The notes beneath the pieces are model-generated. The model did not search any database and was not told the DNA's origin. It saw only the letters and a list, made by a program, of their open reading frames with translations. The position numbers and the translations under genes were made by a program. From positions 45,901 to 109,900 of IMG/VR virus record IMGVR_UViG_3300025751_000013: a stretch of 64,000 nucleotides of DNA. One strand, given 5' to 3'. The DNA comes from a virus. Taxonomy: Duplodnaviria > Caudoviricetes. Below are positions 55,751 to 64,000 of the stretch, piece after piece; the stretch's first letter is position 1; each line of letters starts with the position of its first letter.

Positions 55751-56206
55751 ATGGGCTGGTATAGTGCAGTTAGCAGGGATATTAACCAGATCCCTGCTGC
55801 TATACAATATTTTGAAACAGAACTTGTAGACGCAAAATTAGAAGTAAAACTAAAAGGTAATGTAGAACGTGCAGCGTCTGAAATGCCTGGTATAGTTGAA
55901 CATCGTTTTAATCAGTTACAAGAACTAGAAGCAATTCTAAACTACTTAAATATTGAACTACGTAGACTACGCAGTTCTTTCTTTAAGAAATATCTAGAAA
56001 ACTATCAACGGGCACTGTCTAGCCGTGACGTAGAAAAATACGTTGACGGCGAGGCAGATGTCGTTGATTATGAAAAGATTATCAACGAGTTTGCTCTTAT
56101 GCGTAACAAATGGTTAGGTGTGCTAAAAGCACTTGATCAAAAGCAATGGCAGATTACAAACGTAGTTAAACTACGAGTAGCAGGTATGGAAGATGCCTCA
56201 CTCTAA
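55751..56206 (+). CDS. uvsY: Recombination mediator (UvsY-like)
   Basis: Helical 151-aa protein with YVDGE.D and K.W.I.N.VKLR.AG motifs; downstream of uvsX. Confidence 0.8.
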   Translation: MGWYSAVSRDINQIPAAIQYFETELVDAKLEVKLKGNVERAASEMPGIVEHRFNQLQELEAILNYLNIELRRLRSSFFKKYLENYQRALSSRDVEKYVDGEADVVDYEKIINEFALMRNKWLGVLKALDQKQWQITNVVKLRVAGMEDASL

Positions 56207-56849
56207 CTATCTTTACACATCTGGAGATACAAAATACTTTCAAGAACACATAATACCTCTTATTAAAAGTGCAAAGTATCATGCTCCGTTTCTAAATTAT
56301 CATGTACATGTGTACGATATGCAGAGTGCAGACTTTAGTTGGTGCCTTAAAAATAATGTAAAGATTACTTATAGCGAAACACCGTTAGAATATAAAGGTA
56401 AAGAAAAGGATTATTGGAGTAATCATAGATTTATTATTCTTGCTGGCGTATTACCATTAGATGCTAATGTACTATCGTTAGACGCTGATAGTATCTTTGT
56501 AAGATCAATTACAGAAACTCAATTTGAAAATGACTTTAGTAACTGCTGGATTACACATCGAAAGAATATGAAAAAAGGTCCCTTAGCAAGTGCAGTAGGA
56601 TTCAAAGCAAATAAGCATAGTAGACATATGTTAAGACAACTATTATCAGGTAAAAGATTACAATGGTTTGATGATCAACGTGCATTAGACGAATTATTTA
56701 AACAAGGCATTTTTGATAAAATGGATTTAAAATATTCTGATTATGATATGATTTTACCTAAATCAATTGTTTGGACAGGCAAAGGCCCAAGAAAAGAATT
56801 AATAAAATTTAAAAATAAACAAGATTATTGGAACAATCAGATTAATTAA
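56193..56849 (+). CDS. GT-A fold glycosyltransferase
   Basis: LSLDADSIF (DxD), WFDDQRAL, WTGKGPRK. Confidence 0.65.
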   Translation: MPHSNYLYTSGDTKYFQEHIIPLIKSAKYHAPFLNYHVHVYDMQSADFSWCLKNNVKITYSETPLEYKGKEKDYWSNHRFIILAGVLPLDANVLSLDADSIFVRSITETQFENDFSNCWITHRKNMKKGPLASAVGFKANKHSRHMLRQLLSGKRLQWFDDQRALDELFKQGIFDKMDLKYSDYDMILPKSIVWTGKGPRKELIKFKNKQDYWNNQIN

Positions 56850-56879
56850 TAAACTATAACATTACTGATAATTATTAGT

Positions 56880-57653
56880 ATGGACATAGTAATTGTTACA
56901 GGGGGGTTCGATCCTCTTCACTCAGGTCATATAGCATATTTTGAAGCAGCAGCTCGACACGGAAAAGAACTATGGGTAGGTGTTAATTCAGATGAATGGC
57001 TAACCCGTAAAAAAGGCAGACCGTTTATGCCATGGTCTGAACGCAGTAGTATTATAAAAGCATTGTCTTGTGTAGATAATGTATTTGCATTTGATGACAG
57101 TGACAATCATGCTGTAAATGCTATACGCTACGTTTTCGAAGCAAAGCCAAAAGCAAATGTAATATTTGCCAACGGCGGAGATCGACAAAAAGGTACCACA
57201 CCAGAAGTAGAGTTTGCAAAGGAACTTATCGAAGAAGGTAAGATAGCATTTCTATTTGGTATAGGCGGAAACGATAAAAAGAATTCAAGCAGTTGGATAC
57301 TAAGCGATTGGAAGTCTCCTAAGACAGAACGTCCTTGGGGATTTTACAGAGTGTTAGACACAGGACCAGGGTGGGCAGTAAAAGAACTTACGATAATGCC
57401 AGGAAAGAGTTTGTCAGATCAACGACATTATCATAGATCAGAACATTGGCATGTGGTACAAGGCACTGTTACAATTGACACTGACTGGAATAACATAAAA
57501 CAAACTAGTGACGTACATCCACAGCAAAGTTATGATATAGGCAAGTTAGTATGGCATCGTCCATATAATAACACAGACAAGCCTGTTAAGATTATCGAAA
57601 CATGGTTTGGAGATATACTAGAAGAATCAGATATAGAACGGAGAGAAGAATGA
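56880..57653 (+). CDS. Cytidylyltransferase fused to a mannose-6-phosphate-isomerase-type cupin
   Basis: TGGFDPLHSGH (HxGH), NSDEWL.RKKG, FANGGDR, KKNSSS; then ERPWG...SDQRH.HRSEHW cupin. Confidence 0.9.
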   Translation: MDIVIVTGGFDPLHSGHIAYFEAAARHGKELWVGVNSDEWLTRKKGRPFMPWSERSSIIKALSCVDNVFAFDDSDNHAVNAIRYVFEAKPKANVIFANGGDRQKGTTPEVEFAKELIEEGKIAFLFGIGGNDKKNSSSWILSDWKSPKTERPWGFYRVLDTGPGWAVKELTIMPGKSLSDQRHYHRSEHWHVVQGTVTIDTDWNNIKQTSDVHPQQSYDIGKLVWHRPYNNTDKPVKIIETWFGDILEESDIERREE

Positions 57654-58342
57654 AAGTATTTGTAGGATACGATTCGAGAGAAGATATTGCATATCAAGTA
57701 TGCAAGCATAGCATTTTAAACAAACAGCCTAATGCAACTGTTACTCCGTTGATTCAAAAAGAATTAAGAGAACAAGGTCGTTATACTCGTCCAGTAGATA
57801 AACTTGCTTCAACTGAATTTACATTCACACGTTTCTTAATACCAGAATTATGTAACTTCGATGGCTGGGCATTATTTATGGATTGTGACATGATACTGCT
57901 TACAGATATCAAAGAACTATTTGACCAAGCAGATGATAAGTATGCAGTAATGTGTGCTCATCACGATTACACACCTAAAGAAGGCACAAAGATGGATGGA
58001 CAAACACAAACAGTTTATCCACGCAAAAACTGGTCAAGTGTAATGTTACTAAATTGCGGACATCCTAGCAACAAAAAACTTACACAAGACTTAGTTAATG
58101 ACGAAAGTATTACAGGTGCATACTTGCATAGATATAGTTGGCTAGATGATTCTGAAGTAGGTGAAATATCACACGAATGGAACTGGTTAGTAGGTTGGTA
58201 CAAACAACCAGAAGACGGCAAGCCCAAACTGTTACACTACACTGAAGGCGGCCCGTGGTTTGAAAATTATCGTAATTGTGAATATCATTACGAATGGAAA
58301 ACTGAGCTCCATGAGATGATGAATGAAAATATTATTAATTAA
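57650..58342 (+). CDS. Glycosyltransferase (GT8-like, GT-A)
   Basis: MKVFVGYDSRE start via ATGA overlap; STEFTFTRF, FMDCDM, YPRKNWSS, WNWLVG, HYTEGGPW. Confidence 0.8.
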   Translation: MKVFVGYDSREDIAYQVCKHSILNKQPNATVTPLIQKELREQGRYTRPVDKLASTEFTFTRFLIPELCNFDGWALFMDCDMILLTDIKELFDQADDKYAVMCAHHDYTPKEGTKMDGQTQTVYPRKNWSSVMLLNCGHPSNKKLTQDLVNDESITGAYLHRYSWLDDSEVGEISHEWNWLVGWYKQPEDGKPKLLHYTEGGPWFENYRNCEYHYEWKTELHEMMNENIIN

Positions 58343-59141
58343 TAATACTGAGCGTTATCATAGCGGATGTAAAGCAGTAATAGATTATTATAGATCAAAA
58401 ATACCTAACCTACACGTTGCAGATAATCTAGATATTGATGTTTCAACGTATGATGTTGTAATAGCAAATGGAGAAGGCACTATGCATCACGATGCAGATC
58501 GTGCTTATCAAATTATAGATTTATTATGTAGTGCAAAATACAGTATGTTAGTTAACACAGTTTGGCAAGAAAATAGTTTAGAACTTACTAAACGCCTTCT
58601 TAATATAAATTATGTTAGTGTTCGTGAAGTTAAATCTCAATATGAAATATACAATCAGATTGGCATAAAGGTTGATAGACATTTAGATTTAAGTTATTTT
58701 ACACCAATAGAATATACAGACAAACCCAGGTATGATATTGTTGCAGGCAACAAAATGAATGTGCCAAAAACTAAACCAAAAAAACCAAAAATAAAAGGAG
58801 TAGGTGAAGACGGCTACGTTGACATTTTTACTCAAACGTGGAGTGATATTGTTTCTCAGATAAAAAACAGTAGATTATTAGTGACAGGTAGACATCACGA
58901 AATGTATGCCGCATGTGTGGCCGAAACACCTTTTGTTGTTATAGAAGGTAACACACATAAAAACCAAGGTTTGTTTGCGACAGCAATGGCAAATATTCCA
59001 GTATTGCCTTTTGGTTGTAGTAATACAGAAATAATTGATGCTATCAATAATATAAAAAACTATACAGACGAATATAAAAAGTTATTTGCATTTATGAAAC
59101 AACAAAAGCCGTTAGAGTTTGAATATGCAGGATTGGTTTGA
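58323..59141 (+). CDS. Polysaccharide pyruvyl transferase-like protein
   Basis: HSGC, NGEGTMHHD, VRE..S, DLS, VTGRHH, NTHK motifs. Confidence 0.7.
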   Translation: MKILLINNTERYHSGCKAVIDYYRSKIPNLHVADNLDIDVSTYDVVIANGEGTMHHDADRAYQIIDLLCSAKYSMLVNTVWQENSLELTKRLLNINYVSVREVKSQYEIYNQIGIKVDRHLDLSYFTPIEYTDKPRYDIVAGNKMNVPKTKPKKPKIKGVGEDGYVDIFTQTWSDIVSQIKNSRLLVTGRHHEMYAACVAETPFVVIEGNTHKNQGLFATAMANIPVLPFGCSNTEIIDAINNIKNYTDEYKKLFAFMKQQKPLEFEYAGLV

Positions 59142-59637
59142 AAATAAAGATGTTGCACTTGTAGGAAGTTCAGGTGCATTAATGCAAGGTACACAAGGTA
59201 ATAATATTGATAGTCACGAAGTTGTTTGCAGAATAAACAGAGGAGTAATAATACAAAATCCAACAGCACAAGGAACACGTACAGACGTTTGGGCAATAGG
59301 TACAATTAAAACAGTAGAAGATTTATTTGAAAAATATAATGTTAATAACTTCTATATGAGCCACAAAGGTAGAAGAATAATAGATAATAGAATTAATTAT
59401 TATATGAGTATGGAAGTATTGGATCGTTTACGTGAAGATTTATCACATCAAAAACCTAGCAGTGGTTTAATGGCATTATACTATATACAACACTGCAAAC
59501 CAAAACAGATAACTATATATGGATTTGATTGGAAACGTACAGGTACTTGGTACTATGAAGAAACAAACTATCAGCCTCATGACTGGCAACTAGAAGAGAA
59601 ATATGTTCGTGAAATGAATTTAAGGATCGTAGAATGA
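59125..59637 (+). CDS. GT29 (sialyltransferase-like) protein
   Basis: Sialylmotif-L-like VALVGSS..L...G..IDSH..VCRIN; S-like PSSG...YGFD; VS-like H.W..E. Confidence 0.7.
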   Translation: MQDWFENKDVALVGSSGALMQGTQGNNIDSHEVVCRINRGVIIQNPTAQGTRTDVWAIGTIKTVEDLFEKYNVNNFYMSHKGRRIIDNRINYYMSMEVLDRLREDLSHQKPSSGLMALYYIQHCKPKQITIYGFDWKRTGTWYYEETNYQPHDWQLEEKYVREMNLRIVE

Positions 59638-59675
59638 AAATACTACTGATTATCACTATTGGGAGACATGTATGA
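59634..59675 (+). CDS. 13-codon mini-ORF (MKILLIITIGRHV) bridging two genes
   Basis: ATGA overlap with the upstream stop and with the downstream start; AAGGA 7 nt upstream. Confidence 0.4.
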   Translation: MKILLIITIGRHV

Positions 59676-60208
59676 TTATACCGAAACATTTAGGAGGACA
59701 TCAAGGTCATACTTGTAGAGACTATCCTGTATTAAAACATCTAAAACAACAGTTAAAAATTAAAAGTATGGTAGATATAGGCTGCGGCCCTGGAGCTGTA
59801 GCAGAAGATGCTGCAGAATTAAAAATAGATTGGTTTGGAATAGACGGAGATCCAAGGGTATGCCAAACTACAGATACATCCCTCTTGCATGATTTTACTA
59901 TAGGACCTCCAGAAATAGACAAGACTTTTGATCTTGCTTGGAGCGTAGAATTTTTAGAACATGTTTATGAAGAATATATGGATAACTATATGCAAGTTTT
60001 TGCAAAGGCTAACTATGTTTGTTGTACAGCAGCACCGCCTGGAACTGGAGGTCATCATCACGTAAACGAGCAAGACAAAGAGTATTGGATTGATGCATTT
60101 AAACAATACGGGTTTACGTACAACGAAGACAGGACTATGTTACTACATAGAATAAGTAAAATGCGTAAAAAGTTTTTTAAACGTTCAGGAATGTTTTTTT
60201 ATAAATGA
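59672..60208 (+). CDS. Class I SAM-dependent methyltransferase
   Basis: VDIGCGPG, GIDG, FDLAWSVEFLEHV motifs. Confidence 0.85.
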   Translation: MIIPKHLGGHQGHTCRDYPVLKHLKQQLKIKSMVDIGCGPGAVAEDAAELKIDWFGIDGDPRVCQTTDTSLLHDFTIGPPEIDKTFDLAWSVEFLEHVYEEYMDNYMQVFAKANYVCCTAAPPGTGGHHHVNEQDKEYWIDAFKQYGFTYNEDRTMLLHRISKMRKKFFKRSGMFFYK

Positions 60209-60963
60209 TATGTTTGAGCAAAAATCTAAATGACGAATATGTCAACATGTTTGCAAAAGGATCTAATTTACCATTAATGGAATATGCTGATGATCCTGGT
60301 GATATACCTATATTAATAAGAAGTATAATGAAGCGTGATTTAATATTTAAATGTTGGAAAGAGGGCAGAACTTTTTATTATATGGATAGCGGATACTTGG
60401 GAAATTATGTACAAAGTACTAAAAAGTATTGGCATAGAATAGTAAAAAATAATTTACAACATAGTGACGTAATTGACAGACCAGATGATAGATGGCAAAA
60501 ATTAAACTATAATATATATAGTAAGAAAAAAGGAACACATATATTACTAGTTCCACCGAGTGAAAAACCTTGTAAATTTTACGGAATAGGGTTACAATCT
60601 TGGATCAAAGATACAATAAAAGAAATAAAACGACACACAGACAGACCTATTATAGTAAGAGAAAAATCAAAACGTCCTGAAAGATTAAAAAATCCTATCT
60701 GGGCTGCACTTGATAATTGTCATGCTTTGGTTACTTATCAAAGCGTAGCAGCAATAGAAAGTGTTCTATACGGAGTTCCTGCCATTACTCTTGCTCCTAC
60801 TGCGGCTGATCCTGTTTGCGATAAAGACATAAGTTTAATAGAAAATTTAACTTACCAGCCAAAAGAAAAAATTGAGAAGTTTGCTCACCATCTAGCATAC
60901 TGCCAATATAATACTGATGAATTTCGAGATGGTACAGCGTGGAGAATGTTAAATGCAAGTTAA
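60205..60963 (+). CDS. Capsule-synthesis (KpsC/KpsS-like) GT-B-type protein, paralog 1
   Basis: TDRPIIVR, ALVTYQS.AA.E..L.GVP, LAYCQY...E...G.AW. Confidence 0.55.
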   Translation: MICLSKNLNDEYVNMFAKGSNLPLMEYADDPGDIPILIRSIMKRDLIFKCWKEGRTFYYMDSGYLGNYVQSTKKYWHRIVKNNLQHSDVIDRPDDRWQKLNYNIYSKKKGTHILLVPPSEKPCKFYGIGLQSWIKDTIKEIKRHTDRPIIVREKSKRPERLKNPIWAALDNCHALVTYQSVAAIESVLYGVPAITLAPTAADPVCDKDISLIENLTYQPKEKIEKFAHHLAYCQYNTDEFRDGTAWRMLNAS

Positions 60964-61966
60964 AATTGCTATGATGAGTGCAGGAAAGAATAGAGAACGT
61001 GAGGTACTTAGATGTATGCAAACTGGTGTAGAATCTAAACTACTCCCAGACGACAGAGACTTATGGAAAGGTCAAAAACAGGCTTGCGCAAGTAAAGGTG
61101 AAGGGTTCGGTGTTGTATGCAATTACGATGAAAGAGTAAAAACAACAGATGTTGGCATTTTTATTGGTAGTTGGAAAGCAAGAGATAACATTCATCATAA
61201 TTGTAGAAATAGTTATGTACAAAATTGTAAGGTATATGTTTGCATCGAAACTTCGTTGTTAACACGAGTAATGTTTAGAGAAGACTTGTATCATAGAGTA
61301 GGTGTAGATGGTTTTTTAAATGGACATGGTTGGTTTAGAGATCATACAGTTCAATATCCACAAGATCGTTGGGATAAACTAGGAATGGCATACGAAGGTT
61401 GGAAAAAAAATAGAGGACCTAACATTGTAGTAGCACTACAACTACCAGGAGATGCAAGTCTACGAAATAATGATATAAATGAATGGTGTATAGATACGGT
61501 TAATAAAATTAGACAGTATAGTGATAGACCAATACAAGTAAGATTACATCCGGGTATTAGCGGTAAAGGGTTAACTAGTCATGATCCGTTATTTAGATAC
61601 TTTGCTCTTAATCCTGTGCCAAATTTAACTTATGTAGACGGAAAAATTATAAGTTGGAAAGACCAATTAGAATCTGCGCATTGTGTAGTATCGTATACAA
61701 GTGGATTATCTATCGATTCAACAATTTATGGCGTTCCTGTAATAGCATGTGATGCTGGTAACTTTGCCTGGGGACTTGTTCCAGGCGGCATTGAAAGTAT
61801 AGAAGATATACGACTACCTCGTGAAGCTCAAATCCAAAACTGGCTTTATAATTTAGCATATTCGCAATGGTCACCTGATGAAATGTTGTCAGGTGAATGT
61901 TGGGAGCACCTATATCCAGAAATACAACGCAGACTAGATAAAGTGAATAGTACCGAAGAAGGATGA
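60953..61966 (+). CDS. Capsule-synthesis (KpsC/KpsS-like) GT-B-type protein, paralog 2
   Basis: LQLPGDASL, SDRPIQVRLHP, VVSYTS.....GVP, LAYSQW...E...G.CW. Confidence 0.6.
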   Translation: MQVKIAMMSAGKNREREVLRCMQTGVESKLLPDDRDLWKGQKQACASKGEGFGVVCNYDERVKTTDVGIFIGSWKARDNIHHNCRNSYVQNCKVYVCIETSLLTRVMFREDLYHRVGVDGFLNGHGWFRDHTVQYPQDRWDKLGMAYEGWKKNRGPNIVVALQLPGDASLRNNDINEWCIDTVNKIRQYSDRPIQVRLHPGISGKGLTSHDPLFRYFALNPVPNLTYVDGKIISWKDQLESAHCVVSYTSGLSIDSTIYGVPVIACDAGNFAWGLVPGGIESIEDIRLPREAQIQNWLYNLAYSQWSPDEMLSGECWEHLYPEIQRRLDKVNSTEEG

Positions 61967-62871
61967 CAAAGGTAGTATCATATCTACGAGGTATACCAAA
62001 CCTTAAAAATCCTGACAAACCAGAAATGCTAAAAAGATTTGTTGAAGGGGTTAATTCTGTCGGTGACACTGGTATTGTTCATAACAGTTTAGATGTTATA
62101 GATGCTGATGTTGCAGTCCTTCAAGGTTGGGTACATGATGGTAGTCCTACTACTCCTCATTTAAGACTTCGCAAAAAAGTAGCAGAAACACAACAACGCC
62201 GTAACAAGAATACAATAATTATTGATAGTAATTTATTTAACTATATCGGAAATCAAACACCGACATATTTACGGTATAGTATGAACGGAGTATTTCCTAC
62301 TACTGGTAATTATTTTAACAAACATTTTGATCCTGCAAGATGGGAACAAATAAAACGTGATTATAACATCGATTTAAAACCGTGGCGCAAAAAAGGAAGA
62401 CATATACTAATATGTACACAGCGTAATGGCGGTTGGAGTATGCAAGGTAACAGTGTTATAAAATGGTTAAACGAAACTGTAGCAGAATTAAAAAAACATA
62501 CTGATAGGCCTATTGTTGTAAGGGGGCATCCAGGTGATCGTAGAGCTAAACAGTATCTAAAACCTCATCCTCATTATGTTGTTTCACAAAACAAAAGTAT
62601 ATTACAAGACTTTCAAAAAGCATGGGCAGTGGTTACTTATAATAGTACGCCTAGCGTTGCAGCTAGTATAGAAGGTATACCTGCCTTTGTAACCGATCCT
62701 ATTCCTCAGACAAGCCAAGCATACGATGTATCGACACACAGTCTTAGTTTAATCGAAACTCCACAAATAAAAGATAGAGAAGTTTGGATTAAAAAAATTT
62801 GTATGTGCCATTGGAATTTCGATGAATTGTCAAATGGCGATGCATGGCGTCATATGCGTAAGTATATATAA
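61963..62871 (+). CDS. Capsule-synthesis (KpsC/KpsS-like) GT-B-type protein, paralog 3
   Basis: TDRPIVVRGHP, VVTYNS.....IEGIP, HW...E...G.AW. Confidence 0.55.
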   Translation: MTKVVSYLRGIPNLKNPDKPEMLKRFVEGVNSVGDTGIVHNSLDVIDADVAVLQGWVHDGSPTTPHLRLRKKVAETQQRRNKNTIIIDSNLFNYIGNQTPTYLRYSMNGVFPTTGNYFNKHFDPARWEQIKRDYNIDLKPWRKKGRHILICTQRNGGWSMQGNSVIKWLNETVAELKKHTDRPIVVRGHPGDRRAKQYLKPHPHYVVSQNKSILQDFQKAWAVVTYNSTPSVAASIEGIPAFVTDPIPQTSQAYDVSTHSLSLIETPQIKDREVWIKKICMCHWNFDELSNGDAWRHMRKYI

Positions 62872-62879
62872 ATATATGT

Positions 62880-63356
62880 ATGAATATAGAATTTGGCTGC
62901 GGTGATACTCCGTTAAGAAAAGATTATAAAACTTCGGATATAAGAGATATACCTGGTGTAGACTTTGCATGTCCTGCTTGGGATATAGATAATTATGTAG
63001 AATTAAATTCTGTTGATATTATCTTTTCTAGACATATGTTTGAACATTTAACATTTGCACAAGGCAAAAAAACTTTAGAAACCTGGTATAAGATATTAAA
63101 GCCAGGTGGAATGGTAGAAATGTCTTTACCTAATATGGACTTTCATGTAAATCAATGGATTAAAGGAAAAGACATGGAACATGCTTTAGCAGGATTTTGG
63201 GGATGGCAACGAGAAGGCGAGACAGAAGTTTGGGATGTACATAAAAGTGGTTATAACGAAAAAACCTTAAAGACACTTGTTGAGCAGCATAATTTTAAAA
63301 AATATAAACGTTTGCCTAAAAAACCTAAACATTTATGGGTTACATTTATAAAATAA
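62880..63356 (+). CDS. SAM-dependent methyltransferase (type 11-like)
   Basis: EFGCG, HMFEHL, ILKPGG motifs; TATAAATA at 62867-62874. Confidence 0.8.
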   Translation: MNIEFGCGDTPLRKDYKTSDIRDIPGVDFACPAWDIDNYVELNSVDIIFSRHMFEHLTFAQGKKTLETWYKILKPGGMVEMSLPNMDFHVNQWIKGKDMEHALAGFWGWQREGETEVWDVHKSGYNEKTLKTLVEQHNFKKYKRLPKKPKHLWVTFIK

Positions 63357-63365
63357 GGAAATCAA

Positions 63366-64000
63366 ATGGGATTTAAAAAAGGTATAGTTGTGCATCCCGA
63401 AAGTGCAAAACTAAGCGCAGGAAACTTTAGTACTAAACAAAAATGGCATTCAGAAAATTTAAATTATTTTCCTAGTAAAAAAGAGCAGTTCGAAGATTTA
63501 GATGCAATGTCTAAAGAATTTATTTGGAAAGGCGCAGGTCCTTCTAGTCCTATCTTTGAACCAGGAGAAACATTAGTAACAATGGGTAGTTGTTTTGCAG
63601 ATAGGTTAAGAAAGTGGTTAAATAGAAACGGTAAGAATGCAACATACATTGCAGTTCCTGAAGGTTTAAATAATTCTTTTGCAGTAAGACAATACTTAGA
63701 ATGGGCATTAACAGGTGATCGTAGTACAGATGCTTACTGGTATGATAATGATCCTGAACTTGGCGCATATAAGTATGAGCCAGAACAGGAACACGCTGCC
63801 TTATTAAAACATTTTAAAAACGTTAATGGTGTTGTTGTCACTTTTGGGTTAGGCGAAGTTTGGAAAGATATTGAAACAGATAACGTTTTTTGGCGAGGCG
63901 TACCTGCAGATTCTTACGATGAACAAAAACATAAATGTGTTACTACTACTGTACAAGAAAATGTAGATAATATGGTCCGCATTGCAGAATTAATAAAACA
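63366..64000 (+). CDS. GSCFA-family (SGNH-like) protein, 3'-truncated; missing from the ORF track
   Basis: Own translation from ATG 63366 (SD AAGGA): MGFKKG...LVTMGSCFADRL...TFGLGEVW; the frame runs off the window end. Confidence 0.8.
   Translation, partial: MGFKKGIVVHPESAKLSAGNFSTKQKWHSENLNYFPSKKEQFEDLDAMSKEFIWKGAGPSSPIFEPGETLVTMGSCFADRLRKWLNRNGKNATYIAVPEGLNNSFAVRQYLEWALTGDRSTDAYWYDNDPELGAYKYEPEQEHAALLKHFKNVNGVVVTFGLGEVWKDIETDNVFWRGVPADSYDEQKHKCVTTTVQENVDNMVRIAELIK

Noticed and set aside
55495-55760. Alternative genetic code suggested by in-frame abutting genes (TAA ATG, TAG ATG)
   Set aside because: Core genes are full length under the standard code, and TAG and TGA act as normal stops elsewhere.
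1-64000. tRNA, rRNA, integrase or transposase genes
   Set aside because: Intergenic gaps are short (up to about 120 bp) and explained by promoters and terminators; I saw no such motifs.

Overview
This window is a segment of a large T4-superfamily myophage genome (AT-rich, standard genetic code), probably a jumbo phage. The gene order (fibres, NUDIX, gp15, gp14 divergent from gp13, gp18, gp19, gp4, terminase, gp32, uvsX, uvsY) resembles my recollection of Rak2/GAP32-like phages. 1-36 kb is a fibre/appendage region: the end of a large structural protein with four CxxD helical repeats, five small linker-like genes, one 9,511-aa Gly/Thr-rich fibre-like ORF and a 683-aa fibre with a peptidase-G2-type chaperone. 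36-53 kb holds neck, tail and packaging genes. 53-56 kb holds SSB and recombination genes. 56-64 kb is a dense glycan synthesis/modification cluster. The main leads are: (i) an apparent plug-and-socket chain of fibre genes leading into the 9.5-kaa protein; (ii) repeats that align without gaps to the phycobiliprotein Cys84 chromophore motif; (iii) late promoter boxes (TAAnTA) sitting 4-5 nt before ATG with no SD, implying leaderless late mRNAs; (iv) a glycosylation cluster with late-type boxes that may decorate the virion. All family assignments come from motif recognition by eye; no database searches were run.
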